A stretch of 64,000 nt of DNA from Octopus vulgaris (GCA_951406725.2 OX597820.1:116622001-116686000), one strand, 5' to 3'; positions 1 through 13,371 are shown, numbered from the stretch's first letter. The notes: generated from the letters alone by a model not told the origin. Numbers and translations are program-made.

Positions 1-129
1 CATTACTGTTTAGTTGAGGGCTATGAACTCTAAAGTAGAGGTAAGGGTCCTAGAAAACAGTCGGTGAATCAATTTTAATTTGCATTGGGAGCCAACTTCC
101 TTCACTTACAGACAAATCCACTCTACCAC

Positions 130-165
<36 letters not shown>

Positions 166-1279
166 TATGATTTTACCAATGAATGCAACTATAAAGCAAA
201 ACATAACCAAAAAGTCTCAATCTTTAGTCATCTCGTCTGGATGAAAAGAAATAAACCTAAATAGCTATAACTTATTTTTCCACACTTTGAACAGATGTCT
301 AAACATCATCCTACTTATTTCCCTCTTCTGTCACATATCTATAAATTCAAGATATGGAACAAACTCCATTACATGTATCAGATCCACCAAATTAGAAGTC
401 CTATATATCAGCTGTGTAATATTAGTCATTTATTTATGAACCAAAATAAAAAGACAAATAGTTTACAGATACCTAGGAAGAAACCAAGTGTAAAAATGCC
501 AATCTTCACTTTCAAGGAATACTGAAAGAATGTTAATAGTACCAGTTCTAATTAGTTGTCTAATGAAACACTGACTAAGACTTTTTTCCCACACATTGAG
601 TACAAAACAATTAGCTGCTGCTACAAGTTGACCAGAATCTTTCATTATCGACCAATATTATTAACTTGAGCTTTTTTTCTTCTTTGCATATATCTTTTGT
701 TTCAGTTGTTGAACTGTGGCCATGCTGGGGCAGTGTTTTGAACAAATCAACTCCTGTACTTATTTTGTAAAGTTTGGTACTTATTCTTGAAATTCCTTTT
801 ACTGAACTGATACATTACAGGGATGTAAATAAACCAACACCAGTTGTCATACAGAAGTGGGGGAACAATCACAGATACACAAACACACACACGTGTATCA
901 TGGGCTTCCACGCAGTTTCCAGTTGGCTTGGGGCTATAGAAGACACTTGCCCAAGCTGCTGTACAGTGGGATTGAACATGAAACCGTATCATTGCAAAGT
1001 GAATTTCTTAACCACACAGCCATGCCTGCGCCAAGAGCCTCGGATTATTTTGAAATTTATTTTATGAGGGTTTAAAATGGAGTTGGCAACACTACTAAAT
1101 AAAACATGGGCTACAAAGTTTGTAATTTGATACAGGCTTAAGATTCTAAAACAAGATTTATCTAAGAGAAAAGAAGACAAGAAAATCTTGTGAGGGATTT
1201 TACAGCAATTTTTAACATTTTTTTAATGTGTCAATTAGTAGCAATTTAAAGTTTGAATGCTTTCACACACACACACACA

Positions 1280-1320
<41 letters not shown>

Positions 1321-2201
1321 AATCTCTGAACGAGGTATAAACAGTACTTCATATATATATATATGAAAGCATTCAAACATATATATAAACTAAAATGTAA
1401 TTAATTCTTAAGTGGTTGATATTGAAATAAAGAAATTTCCACAATAAAACATAGAAATGAATAGTATTTGATTTAGAAGAGAAAGGAAACAGTATTTCAG
1501 TCGTTAAGAGAAAGTAACCCATTTATTTCACTTGTTTTATAATAAATAAACCAATGTATAAAATGAAAATAGGATGTGCTGGAACTGCAAACTGTTTCAG
1601 CTGTAGCATATGTATCGATAGACATATTTCTGAAGAAGTGGAGGAGGAGGAGGAGGAGATGTGGGGGTGGGGGTGGGGGGGGTGATGGGTGGAGAACAAC
1701 ACTGACAGTTGTTAATGCAAATATATCAAGCTTTCTTTTTGTTGTTGGAGAGAATACAAAACACACCAGAACAATAGCCGAAATTCAAAACACACGACTC
1801 TGCAGGTTCAGTCAGCTTCAAATGAAACCAGTCTCTAATTGCTAAATTTCTCTTCTGTACGATGGTGATGGTGATGGTAAGTGATTATGGTGGTGGTGGT
1901 GGTGGTGGAGGATTAATATTTCTTAATAATGTTGAGTGCTTATTGATTCATGCTTCCAGAGATCTTCCAAGAGAAAAAAACAAAAATAAATAAAAATAAA
2001 ATATATCAATAAAAGAAAGACAGAAATTTTCTTAAGACCTAGAATTACTTTTGTGAAGAGAGAGCAAGTAATTCTAAGTTGAAAAGATATTTCCAATTCA
2101 TTACAGCAACACTAACAACAACAACAACAACAACAGCTGGTTTCTTTAATTATTACCGCCATCATCATTTATTAATATAAAATAGTGAATTACAGTAAAA
2201 A

Positions 2202-2357
2202 TTATGTTAATGAAAATGCAAAGATTTCGTCACCAACATCAGCTGAACTGTTGTTAGGTCGGCTGCTGCTGCTGCTGCCATTGCTGCTGCTGCTGCTGCC
2301 ATTGCTGCTGCTGCTGCTGCTGCAATGCTGCTGTTGGCAGCCTTTGATCGAACAAAC
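2202..2357 (-). CDS. Candidate terminal coding exon of an unidentified minus-strand gene
   Basis: Minus strand ...aatgtgatag|GTTTGT opens 51 codons VCSIKGCQQQHCS6NGS5NGS5RPNNSSADVGDEIFAFSLT*, with AATAAA about 30 nt after the stop and a SINE-poor region downstream. A poly-Ala frame is also open. Acceptor is weak and no homologue is recognised. Confidence 0.35.
   Translation of the reverse strand, partial: VCSIKGCQQQHCSSSSSSNGSSSSSNGSSSSSRPNNSSADVGDEIFAFSLT
2262..2323. repeat. Interrupted (GCT)n repeat with 21-bp higher-order period
   Basis: (GCT)5 GCCATT (GCT)5 GCCATT (GCT)6. Confidence 0.9.
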
Positions 2358-2925
2358 CTATCACATTAAATTATTGTTATATTAACATGAGTGAATAAGT
2401 GTATGCCTATATGTCTCAAATTACCATACATCAATTTTTGTTTTGTTCTGTTTCTTTTTTACTATTCTAGGCCACAGCTTAGCTCTTCTGTTCCAACAGG
2501 GTTGTGCGATGACAACAACCCAAGTTCGTGGGTCATAGATTATTGCTGAGAAACAAACACAAACCATAACTAAAGTGGGATCTAGTTTTTTTCATTCACA
2601 AAACACGCTTATTGTAGAAGACAGTAAAAAATCTGAAAACTGGCTGTGATAATGTAGCATTCCAGTCTCATTGCTTTGAAGGTATGATGTTGTGGAGAAA
2701 AGAATCAGAGAATAAAGTTACAAAGGGCTTAAAAATTGAGAAAAATGGGTATTTTTGGCCAATAGCAAGATAAATTTTCTGCGTTTAGCAGAGCGCTGTC
2801 AACTTTAAGGTTGTACCCTGTGAAATGTAGTGTATGATAAACATGTTGCTCACTGCCCTAATAATAATAGGCTATAGTAGAAGACACTTGCCCAAGGTGC
2901 CATGCAATGGGACTGAACCCAGATC

Positions 2926-4455
2926 CATCATCATCATCATCATTTAACATCTGTTTTCCATGCTACCATGGGTTGGACGGTTTGACCACAGTCTGGGAAG
3001 CTAGGAGGCTGCACCAGGCTCCAGTCTGATCTGGCAGTGTTTCTACAGCTGGATGCCCTTCCTATTGCCAACCACTCCAGGAGAGTAGTGGGTGCGTTTT
3101 ACGTTCCACCGGCACAGGGAAGGCTGACAGCGGCCACGATCGGTTGGTGCATTTTACGTGCCACCGACACAGAAGCCAGTCAAGGCGGCGCTGGCATCGG
3201 CCACGTTCGGATGGTGCTTTTACGTGCCACTGGCACGGGTATCATAACTACAATTTCCATTTGATTTTCATTTCGATGTTGATGTACTTGACTCAATAGA
3301 TCTCCTCAAGCACAGCAGGTCGCCCTATGATCCAGGTACTTTTGAATCTGTTGGGGCTGGTTATGCGAAACTTGTGTAGGATATGGCCATGAACTCACTT
3401 TATTTGCTGGGTCTTCATAGTTACAGCATATCTCCAGAGGTCTTGGTCTTTCATCATTGCCTCTGTGAGGCCCAACGTTCGATGGTCATGCTTGATCACC
3501 TCATCCTATGTCTTCCTGGGTCTACCTCTACTCCGGATTCCTTCAACTGTTTGGGAGTGGCACTTCTTCACACATCTCTCCTCATCCATCCATAGTACAT
3601 GACCATACCAGCGCAAATGTCTCTCTTGCACACCACATCTGATGCTTCTTATGTCCAACAGTTCTCTCAGGGTGCTTACACTTTGTCATATGTGCACACT
3701 GACATTATACATCCAGCGGATCATGCTAGCTTCATTTCTTTCAAGTCTACGCATGTCCTCCACAGTCCCAGCCCATGTTTCACTACCGTGAAGCATGGCA
3801 GTTCACACTCATGTATCATACAATCTACCTTTCACTCTAAGCAAAAGACCCTTTGTCACCAGTAGGGGTAGAAGCTTTCTAAACTTTGCCCAGGCTATTT
3901 GTATTCTAGTGGTGACACTCTCTGAGCATCCACCTCCACTACTAATTTGGTCACCTAGGTAGTGGAAACTATCAACTACTTCTAGTTTCTCCCCCCTGAA
4001 GTGTGATGGAATTTGTTTTCTGTAGTGTTTATTACCCTTGTGCATTTGCTGCACACGAAAGCTATCTTCTCAGTTAATCTTCCTTTGATGTTGCTGCACC
4101 TCTTATGTGTCCATAGCTTATACTGGGTACATCTTATGAAGGTTCTACCTACACCTTTTCTACAGATCAAGCAGGGACACCTACCTGAATGGGGGCAGTG
4201 TGATGTGTTCGCCTTCCTACTTACTAGGACTTTGGTCTTTACTACATTGACTCTAAGGCCTTTTGATTCTAAACCTTGCTTCCACACACGGAATTTCGTT
4301 TCTAGTTCTGGTAGTGATTCTGCTATGAGGGCCAGGTCATCAGCATAGAGGAGCTCCCAGGGGCAACCCGTCTTGAATTCCTCTGTTATTGCCTGGAGGA
4401 CTATGATGAATAAAAAGGGACTGAAGGCTGAACCTTAGTGGATCCCTACTTCTAT
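2926..4455 (-). mobile_element. 5'-truncated RTE-clade LINE (RT C-terminal half, 3' UTR, (GAT)n tail), disrupted
   Basis: Minus-strand peptides GSAFSPFLFIIV..PWELLYADDLAL (YADD at 4336-4347), GLRVNVVKTKV and LEVVDSFHYLG..RIQIAWAKF, with stops and frameshifts. (CAT)n on + at 2926. Nested within a SINE head (2868-2922 and 4460-4487). Confidence 0.9.
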
Positions 4456-5369
4456 CCAGAATTGCCACACAGCCACTCCTGTGCCTATAATTTCTGCAGA
4501 AGTTTTTTTTTTTTTTTAATATGTATTTGTAGTAAAACAAATTCTTCTCACTGAGGGTGGTCAGCCAGCAAAATTCATAACTAATAGGACAAAATGTTTA
4601 GTGACATTTCTTCTGGGTTTTTTATGCTCAAAGTTCAAAGACAATTTCATCCTTCCAAGGTCAATAAAAGAGTACCAGTCAAGCACTGGAGTTGATGTAA
4701 ACAACTTCCCCCTCCCCTCAAAAATTGTTGGCCCTGTGCCAAAATTTGAAACCAATGTTAATAGTATTTATTATTATTATTATTAGTAGTAGTAGTATTA
4801 GTAGTAGTAGTAGGGCAGTGAGCAACATGTTTAGCATATTTCTTCTTGTTTTGTAGGTTCAAATACTGCTATGGTCAACTTTGTGTTCTTCAGTGTTCTA
4901 TAAAACAAGTTCCAGTCAAGTATGGAGGTCAATCAGTCAACTAACTCCCATCCTTAAAATTGCTGGCCTTGTGCCAAAATTTGAAATCATAATTATTACT
5001 AGCTGCATCCATATATGTCACCTCTACAACATTCTTACATTTCATATTCAAAAAATTATTTCCATTCTTACGAAATGGATCGCATTGAAAGCATCATTTC
5101 AAAACAGACCAACACAGGAAACGCAACAATACTTTCTGGTGAGTCCATTACTTTGAGATAAATTCTTGTAATAGTCTTTTGGTGAAATAAAATGTTCACG
5201 ATGAAATTTTACTGTAGCTAGATCCATTTCAGTTCAAACATCATCCCCGTCCCTTTTGGCAGTTCATGGATCAGAGTGGATCAAATGAAAAGCAACAGCT
5301 GACTTTATTTATTAAACAGGAAGGCAATAATTTAATATTATGTGATTTTCTTATATAAACAAATTCTTT

Positions 5370-5750
5370 TATTCTTCTACTTGTTTCAGTCATTTGACTG
5401 CGACCATGCTGGAGCACCCCCTTTCATCGAACAAATCGACCCCTGGACTTAGAATAAGTACTAGGCTTACAGAGACTATCAGTCCCTTTTGTCGAACTGC
5501 TAAGTTACAGGGACGTAAATACACCAACATCAGTTGTCAAGTGATGCTAGATGGACAAACACAGACACACTAAGATATACACACACACACATATATATAT
5601 ATATATGACAAGCTTCTTTCAGTTTCCATCTACTAAATCCACTCACAAGACTTTGGTCAGCCCGAGGCTACAGTAGGAGACACTTGCCCAAGGTGCCATG
5701 CAATGGGGCCGAACCTGGAACCATGTGGATGGGAAGCGAGCTTCTTACTA
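5370..5750 (-). mobile_element. SINE family A, diverged
   Basis: Same tail, microsatellite and head blocks. Confidence 0.8.
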
Positions 5751-5804
5751 TGCAGCAACATTCACAAACACAATCCTTAAGTAATTGTAAAGTAAATAGG
5801 AACA

Positions 5805-6920
5805 TGGGCACAGGAGTGGCTGTGTGGTAAGTAGCTTGCTAACCAACCACATGATCCCAGGTTCAGTCCCACTGCATGGCACGTTGGGCAAGTGTCTTCT
5901 ACTATAGCCCTGGGCTGACCAAAGCCATGTGAGTAGATTTGGGAGACGGAAATAAAAAAAGCCCCATATCATATATATATATATATATATAAATATATTA
6001 TTCAAAGGAATTCCAACTCTGTCTATGTTTTATTGTCTTATTTATATTCTTTATAATATTAATGTAGAATATAAAATATATAAATAAAAATAATATATAT
6101 AGTAAAATGAATTGAAATATTGATTGTCTTATTGAATAGATGAAATATCTTTATATATAAAAGTGAAGTTGTGTGTCTGTCTCCTACGATTTAGATTCCT
6201 AACTACTCCCACATTTTGCGGTGCAGTGTAACCAAAAGTGGGTATCTTATAGTCGTGATTCATATCGAGCCCTTCTGGGTATTAGCACGCATCTACAATG
6301 AGTCTACAATTTAAAAAAAAATTTACCATCATTTTTTCCCATTTTAATGCATTTTTTCGTTATTATATAAGGGAAGTAACTCTCTAAAAATATCTACGAT
6401 GAGTCAACGATTTAAAAAAAAAATTACCATAATTTTTTTTCCATTTTAATGCATTCTTTTGCTATTTTTTGGCTATAACTCTCTAAAAATGCTTATATAG
6501 TTATTTCCCTTACAAACCCGAGCAACGCCAGGCAATACTGCTAGTAAAATATATAGTATAAATAGTATATATAGTAAAATGAAATGAAGTATTGATTGTC
6601 TTATTGAATACATGAAATATTGAATATAAAATAGTCAGAGACTAGTATACTTTCTTGCATTAAAGCAATCTTCAAGGTCCCAGGTTGTGACAGGAGTGTC
6701 CCAGGTTGTGACATATATATATATGTATGTGTGTATGTTTGTGTGTTTCCCCGCCATCGCTTGACAACTGATGCTGGTGTGTTTATGTCCCCATAACTTA
6801 GCAGTTCAGCAAAAGAGACCAACAGAATAAGTACTAGGCTTACAAGGGTTCAATTTGTTCAACTAAAGGCAGTGCTCCAGTATGGCCATAGTCAAAATGA
6901 CTGAAACAAGTAAAAGAATA
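5805..6920 (+). mobile_element. SINE family A split at its (TA)n by a ~720-bp insert containing the Helitron
   Basis: Head half 5805-5995, tail half 6715-6920. Confidence 0.8.
6148..6544 (+). mobile_element. Non-autonomous Helitron
   Basis: Starts TCTTTATATATAAAA after an A and ends CTAG before a T, with an imperfect GC-rich subterminal hairpin (CCCGAGCAACGCCAGG), no TSD, and an internal ~100-bp tandem duplication. Confidence 0.8.
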
Positions 6921-7269
6921 GTTACAGATACACTAAAACCAGAATGTAACGGCAGACGAAATACGGCTACGCATTTCGCCCGGCGTGCTAACGTTTCTGC
7001 CATCTCACCACTGAAATACCACTACGCATTTTGTCTGGTGTGTTAATGGTTCTGCTAGCCTGCTCTCTTAATATAATAAGCCATTCTCCTATAGGTACAA
7101 GGCCTGAAATTTTGGGTGGTGGTAAGAGGGTTGCTATTTAATTACATTGACCACAATATGCAATTGTTATTTAATTGACCTCAAAAAAATGAAAGGCAAA
7201 GTTGACCTCTGGAATTTGAATTCAGAACATAAAGACAGGTGAATGTAGTAATGGTTTCAGCTTTGGCAC

Positions 7270-7505
7270 AAGGCAGCAAGCTGGCAGAAACGTTAGCACG
7301 CCGGACAAAATGCGTAGCCGTATTTCGTCTGCCGTTACATTCTGAGTTCAAATTCCGCCGAGGTCAATTTTGCCTTTCATCCTTTCGGGGTCGATTAATT
7401 AAGTACCAGTTACGCACTGGGGTCGATGTAATCGACTTAATCCGTGTGTCTGTCCTTGTTTGTCCCCTCTGTGTTTAGCCCCTTGTGGGTAGTAAAAGAA
7501 ATAGG
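7270..7505 (+). mobile_element. Nin-domain SINE (family B)
   Basis: AAGGCAGCAAGCTGGCAGAAACGTTAGC head; Nin-like core GCCTTTCATCCTTTCGGGGTCGAT..AAGTACCAG. Further copies at about 4560-5000, 6935-7240, 8272-8880, 19470-19690 and 40710-40905. Confidence 0.85.
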
Positions 7506-7604
7506 TTTCAGTTTTGGCACAAGCCCAGCAATTTTAGGGGCTGAGGATTGGTCAGTTAATCAACCCAGCAACTGAGAATGATAAAGTAAAGATTTCTATC
7601 GTAT

Positions 7605-8020
7605 ATAATGATCCAATGTGATTATAAAACTGAACAGCAGAGGCCAGATATAAATAAATAAAAAAAAAGGTGAGAAAACCAGTCTAATCATAGGTATTGC
7701 ATTTCTTGGTGTTGATGGAGTATTAGAAGAATGGAAAGTGGTCGTGTAGGATGATTTGAAGTGGGAGATTAGAAATAAAAAGAAACTGTGGTCATTGAAG
7801 GTAGATGTTGTGCCTGTTGTTGTGGATCTTTAGGTACTTATAGCACCCAGCTCACAAACTGGATTGAAAAGAGAGGAGCCAATCTGAAGAAAGAGCATCT
7901 ACAAGAAACGGTTTTGCTTGAAACTTCCCAAATCTTTTTGGTTGCGGACTGTCGATTTGTTGTGACATTCTCCAGCAAAGTTGCTATGTTCAACAACAAC
8001 AACAACAACAACAGCAACAT
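7605..8020 (+). mobile_element. R4/Dong-like (restriction-like endonuclease) non-LTR retrotransposon 3' end
   Basis: Broken frames give QRPDI..LIIGIA..DLKWEI..LWSLKVDVVPVVV/GSLG..HLQETVLLETSQI, matching the RLE domain consensus; followed by (AAC)n. Confidence 0.75.
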
Positions 8021-10087
8021 AATCATATAATCCTTCTTGTTGCTCTGTGCTAATAAGTTAGCACATGTTATGCTCTGCCCGTTGGCCACTGCTCTTGCTT
8101 GGATCAAGTTGTGACATGTGTAAAGGTGTAAAGGCCTCAGAACATTTATTTCAAGACTTTAAGAGAAATTATATTTTCTAAGTTCTTGCATTTATGAATT
8201 GTTAGTTTGCTCATGTTTTTCTACCTTTATATCAATAGCTTTACTATATTGACTATAACGAATTATTTATCAGGGTCGATAAATTAAGTACCAGTTACGC
8301 ACTGGGGTCGATATAATCGACTTAATACCTATGTCTGTCCTTGTTTGTCCCCTCTGTGTTTAGCCCCTTGTGGGTAATAAAGAAATAGGTATTTCACTTG
8401 TCTTTATGTTCTGAATGCCACTGAGGTCAACTCTGCCTTTTATCTTCTTGGGGTCAGTTGATAAAACAAGTACCTGTCAAGTACTGGAGTTGATAAAATA
8501 AGTATTAGTGAGGTACTGGAGTTGATGTAATCAACTTCCCCCGCCTCTCAAAAATTGTTGGCCCTGTTCCAAAATTTGAAACCATTATTATTATTATTTC
8601 GTTTTGGGATTTGGTTTGCAAGACTCTCCCCAGACAACAGATTATTATTATTATTATTATTATTATTAGACAGCAAGATGGCAGACTCAGCATATGTTGG
8701 GCAAAATGCTTAAGGGCATTTTCTGTTTTTGCATTTTATTTGAAGTACTTCCAAGGTTGATTGCTTTGCATCTTTTCGTGATTCGATAAATTAAGTACCA
8801 GTCAAGTACTGGGGTCGATGTAATCAACTTAACCCCTCCCCCAAAATTTCAGGCCTTGTGCCTATAGTAGAAGTTATTATTATTAACCTAGAGTAATATA
8901 GTCTCTGAAATAACAGTTGAACTAAATATCTTGCACTATTTTGTTTTATCTCATCACATTTTGGGTTCAAATACTGCAGAGTTTCAGTTTACTTTTCATT
9001 CTCCCATGGTCAATAACATATTTAGCCATGAAGCAGTGGATTGATTTCACTGACCATTAACTCCCAACCCCGCCCCATTCTTTCCCCAATCCTGCTTGCA
9101 CTAGATCTGTGCTAATGTACAAAACCATTGCCATTTATAATCAAAGAAGATTAGTTCTCTTCTGACTCATCCCTCTTCTTCTGGGTAATTTTCCACTCAA
9201 TGAACCAACTGCTTCTTTTGCATGAAAACACTTATGTAAACCAACAGTATGGTCACTCAACCTGCTAGAAATAGCAAACAAATTTCTCTTAAGTCATACC
9301 CTACCTATAAATCAATTTGCAGTAAACATTTGTGAAGAAATACTAGCAGGAGTTTTATTGTGGTTTTGTTTTGTTTTTAATTATTTCATCTCGAAATAAA
9401 CTGACAGAAGATAATTAACAAAGTAGCTGACGCTATGAGATATCCCTACCATACATACTATACACAAAAGGGAAGGCATAGTGCTGACCTAGAGTTAAAC
9501 AACATCAAAGAAAATAGGCAATTATCCTATTAGAGCCAACTGAATTTCCTTAACAGAAACATTAATTTTCTATTTTTTAATATCTATTTTCTATGCTGGC
9601 ATGGGTTTGACGGTTTGACTGAGGTCTGGAAAGCCAGCAGCTGCACCAGGCTCCAGTCTGATTTGGCAATGTTTCTACAGTTGGGTGCCCTTCCTAATGC
9701 CAACCCCTCCTAGAGTGTAGTGAGTGCTTTTTATGTGCCACTGGCACAGGAGCCAGTCTGGTGGCCCTGGCATTAATCACATTTGGATAGTGCTTTTTAC
9801 ATGCCACTGGGACGGGAGCCAGTCAGGGAGCACTGGTATTGGCCATGTTTGGATAGTGCATTTTATGTGCCACCAGAATGGGAGTCAGTCAGGTGGCCCT
9901 GGCATCGATCTCATTCAGATAGTGCATTTTACGTGCCACCGAAGCAGGAGCCAGTCAGGAAGCACTGGGCACAGCTACGATTTTGATTTTACTTGACTCA
10001 ACAGGTCTTCTCCAGCATATATCACCCGACACATCAAAGGTACTTTTAAATGGGCCAGAAATGCAACACTGGCATCGGCATATATAT

Positions 10088-10502
10088 ACTCTTTACTCTT
10101 TTACTTGTTTCAGTCATTTGACTGCGGCCATGCTGGAGCACCGCCTTTAATCGACCAACTCGACCCCGGGACTTATTCTTTTGTAAGCCCAGTACTTATT
10201 CTATCGGTCTCTTTTGCCGAACCGCTAAGTAACGGGGACATAAACACACCAGCATCGGTTGTCAAGCAATTCTAGGGGTACAAACACAGACACACAAACA
10301 CACGCACACATACATATATACATATATATACATATTTACGACGGGCTTCTTTCAGTTTCTGTCTACCAAATCCACTCACAAGGCTTTGGTCGGCCCGAGG
10401 CTATAGTAGAAGACACTTGCCCGAGGTGCCACGCAGTGGGACTGAACCCGGAACCATGTGGTTGGTAAACAAGCTACTTACCACACAGCCACTCCTGCGC
10501 CT
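10088..10502 (-). mobile_element. SINE family A (tRNA-like head, CORE-like block, internal (TA)/(TG) microsatellite, Nin-like 3' half), full length
   Basis: Head AGGCGCAGGAGTGGCTGTGTGG..GGTTCAGTCCC (A/B-box-like), block ACCT(T/C)GGGCAAGTG, tail GAAACAAGTAAAAGAG; more than 20 similar copies in the window. Confidence 0.9.
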
Positions 10503-10774
10503 ATATATATTAAACACTGCCTCCTCAAGTCCTAGGTATCCTGGTTTTCATCTTGCATAAGTGCTGAGATCATAACATTCCTCTTGACTGGCAAGTCAGT
10601 CCATTGTAGAATTATTAATTTACAATGTGAAATAAAGTGTTTTGTCCAAGTACATAACACACCACTTGGTTGAGGAATTGAAACCGCAATCTTACACCCT
10701 AGCCAATAGGTCATGGGCCTTTGTTATTTATTTTGCAAAACAATTGATTAAGAATTTTCTATGCTGTCACTTAA

Positions 10775-10990
10775 CCCCTTAGCATGTGAATAGCTCCAAC
10801 TAACCCAAATACTTTATTCATTTTATGTTCAAAGCAGCCAGATCTGATCTTTCACACCTACCCTCTATTGCCATTCTAAAAGTACGACAATCACATTATT
10901 GAACTCTCAAAGCTGTGAGATGAAGCATGATTAATTGGGATCATTGTGAATGAGTTTAACATTTGACAGAAAACTCTGGATGCAAAAGGG
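10775..10990. mobile_element. TTAA-flanked piggyBac-type MITE, second family (CCCTTTAGCA-type termini)
   Basis: TTAA-CCCCTTAGCAT...ATGCAAAAGGG-TTAA. Related copies at about 35625-35828, 42225-42425, 49490-49712 and 62995-63654. Confidence 0.75.
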
Positions 10991-11399
10991 TTAACCTATT
11001 TGAGAGAACGACCAAATTTCCTTCAGATTTCACTCTGCCATCATAAAGACAGATGACTAAACGAAATAACTGAGTCGTAGAATGCGATACGGCTGACTGG
11101 GCAATGAGGTTTCAATTAAACTTATGACAAAGATTTATTCAGTCATCTCAACCACTGGCTCACAGATGTTTGCTTTGTCTCTGCCATTTCTTTCACACTT
11201 CCACCTCTGTTCTTTTAAACCAGTTTCTCTATGCCCACTCCACCAATGTCCCACTGGACACCCTACTATCCACTCCCCAACCATATCTCTCAAATGTCTT
11301 CTTTAAAAATGTCTGGCAAGGGAGATAACACCCCATCGTTAAAGAGTATAATTACCTACTAGACTGCTATCCAGGTAATACCATCAATTGAGGAAGGGA

Positions 11400-11610
11400 T
11401 ACCTATTTCTTTACTACCCACAAGGGGCTAAACACAGAGGGGACAAACAAGGACAGACACATGGATTAAGTCGATTATATTTAATCAACCCTGAAAGGAT
11501 GAAAGGCAAAGTCGACCTCGGCGGAATTTGAACTCAGAACGTAACAGCAGACGAAATACCGCTAAGCATTTCACCCGGCGTGCTAACGTTTCTGCCAGCT
11601 CGCCGCCTTG
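11400..11610 (-). mobile_element. Nin-domain SINE (family B)
   Basis: Reverse complement of 7270-7505 with an internal deletion. Confidence 0.85.
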
Positions 11611-12650
11611 ATCTTCCTGATACCAACTACTTTTCCGTGTGGACTGAGTGCTTTTTTCATGGCACTGACACTAGTGAGATTAGCAAGTAACTTGCAAGAT
11701 GGGAGAAGAACAGGAAAAGCCCCCCTCAACTGAGTGAGGGAGGTGGTTTCATGCCAAGGTGTAGAGAGACAAAAGTATGGCAGAGTAAAGAGCACAGGCA
11801 ACAATATGATCGTCCAAGACCACAACACTATAAACAAGTTTCCTATTGTAAACACAGAAGAAAATTCAGCCAAGAGTGGTTCTAACAGACATCTATTTAC
11901 GCTATCTGGAAGAAAGATCTGCCAATAGCAAACAACACAGCAGCTGTTGTATTCATTTTTATAATTTAAGTTTGCAATTCACTGATAAATACGTATTATA
12001 TATATATATAACCTCACCGATAAAGCTGAAAAGAAAAACCGTTTTGTGCATCTGTAGATGGCATTTTATCTACAAGTCTTATTTAAAACATTCTATAAAG
12101 AACAAAAAGAAATTATTATCCCTGGAGACAGGAGATTAATCTTTCTTTGCTTTAAAAAAGGATTATTATAATCTTAATCTTTATTTTTCAAGGTGTATAT
12201 TTTTGAAAAAGTGAAACAGACATGCTGTATATAGGACATGGGAATGTGTAAATACGCACACACCTGCACACAGCTTATACGCGCTTGCATTTGTGTATAA
12301 TGAGTATATAAATGTGTGTGTGTGTATGAGATTTTTTTTCTTATTTCTTAATTATCCTTTTATGGAGAAAGTAAATGAGCAGTTTTGGTGACCATGTACA
12401 ACCAGATGTACTTAAAGATTAGAACAGCTTGCTCCTACCCAACTGATCAGAGAAAGCTTAAAGCCATTTGAGTTTGTAGGATGATAGCAATAGGAAAATA
12501 ACATTTTGGGTATTTTCAATACTATTCATCTAAACCTTGCTTCCTCCAATTTTGTTCTCTTTACCGTTCCATCTTAATTTAAAAGCTTTCTCCTTCCAAC
12601 TATTTTGCTTTAAACCTCTGAATAGTCATCTTTAAAATTATACATACGTG

Positions 12651-12942
12651 GAGATACATGGCCTAGTGGTTAGCGCAGCGGACTCGCAGTTGAGGGTTCG
12701 AATCTCAGACCGGGGTGATGTGTGTGTTTATGAGTGAAACATCTAAGCTCCATGCGGCTCCGGCAGAAGGTAATGGCGAACCTCTGCTGACTCTTTCACT
12801 ACAACTTTCTCTCACTCTTACTTCCTGCATTTCACAGCTCACCTGCGCCGGACCAGCGTCCCATCCAGTTGGGGAACCTATACACCAAGGAAACCAGGAA
12901 ACTGGCCCTTATGAGCCAGGCATGGCTCGAGAAGGAACAAAC
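12651..12942 (+). mobile_element. tRNA-derived SINE (OR-like family)
   Basis: A box TGGCCTAGTGG, B-box-like GGTTCGAATCT, non-tRNA body; head shared with 60640-60910. Confidence 0.75.
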
Positions 12943-13226
12943 ATATATATATATATAAGAGCAGACACGGTTGTGCTGTTTGCTTCCGAATCACATGGTC
13001 CCAGGTTCAGTCCCACCGCATGGCACCTTGGGCAAAGGATTTCTAGTATTGCCTCAGGCTGACCAAAACCTTGTAAGCCAATCTGGGAGACAGAAACTGA
13101 AAGAAGCCAACCATGTGTGTGTGTGTGCGCGCATGTGTGTCCCTCACCACCGCTTGACAACCAGCATTTGTATGTTTATATTCCTGCAGCTTAACAGTTT
13201 GGCAAAAGGAACTGATAGAATAAGTA

Positions 13227-13371
13227 GTTGGAATTTACAAAAGAAAACCAACAAAACAAAACAAAAGACGATGACGGGTGTGTAAACAACAAACAGATGT
13301 ATTAGTTTAACACTCAGGAAGTGAGAAAGTCTTTTATGTTTCGAGCCTATGCTCGTCAACAGAAAGGAACA
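13227..13371 (-). mobile_element. Penelope-like element terminal fragment with 14-bp TSD, inserted in a SINE
   Basis: Flanked by TGATAGAATAAGTA at 13213-13226 and 13372-13385; carries a GAAGAGC..GGCTCGAAAC-type PLE end motif on the minus strand; near-identical to 59606-59745. Confidence 0.65.

Noticed and set aside
1860-2548. Plus-strand donor ATG|GTAAGT (~1876) and strong acceptor (2470)
   Set aside because: Joining them gives an immediate stop or only short peptides; no support for a + strand gene.
12018-12025. 8-nt minus-strand microexon (ttttcag|CTTTATCG|gtgagg)
   Set aside because: Good splice signals, but it is not frame-preserving and such matches are expected by chance in AT-rich DNA.
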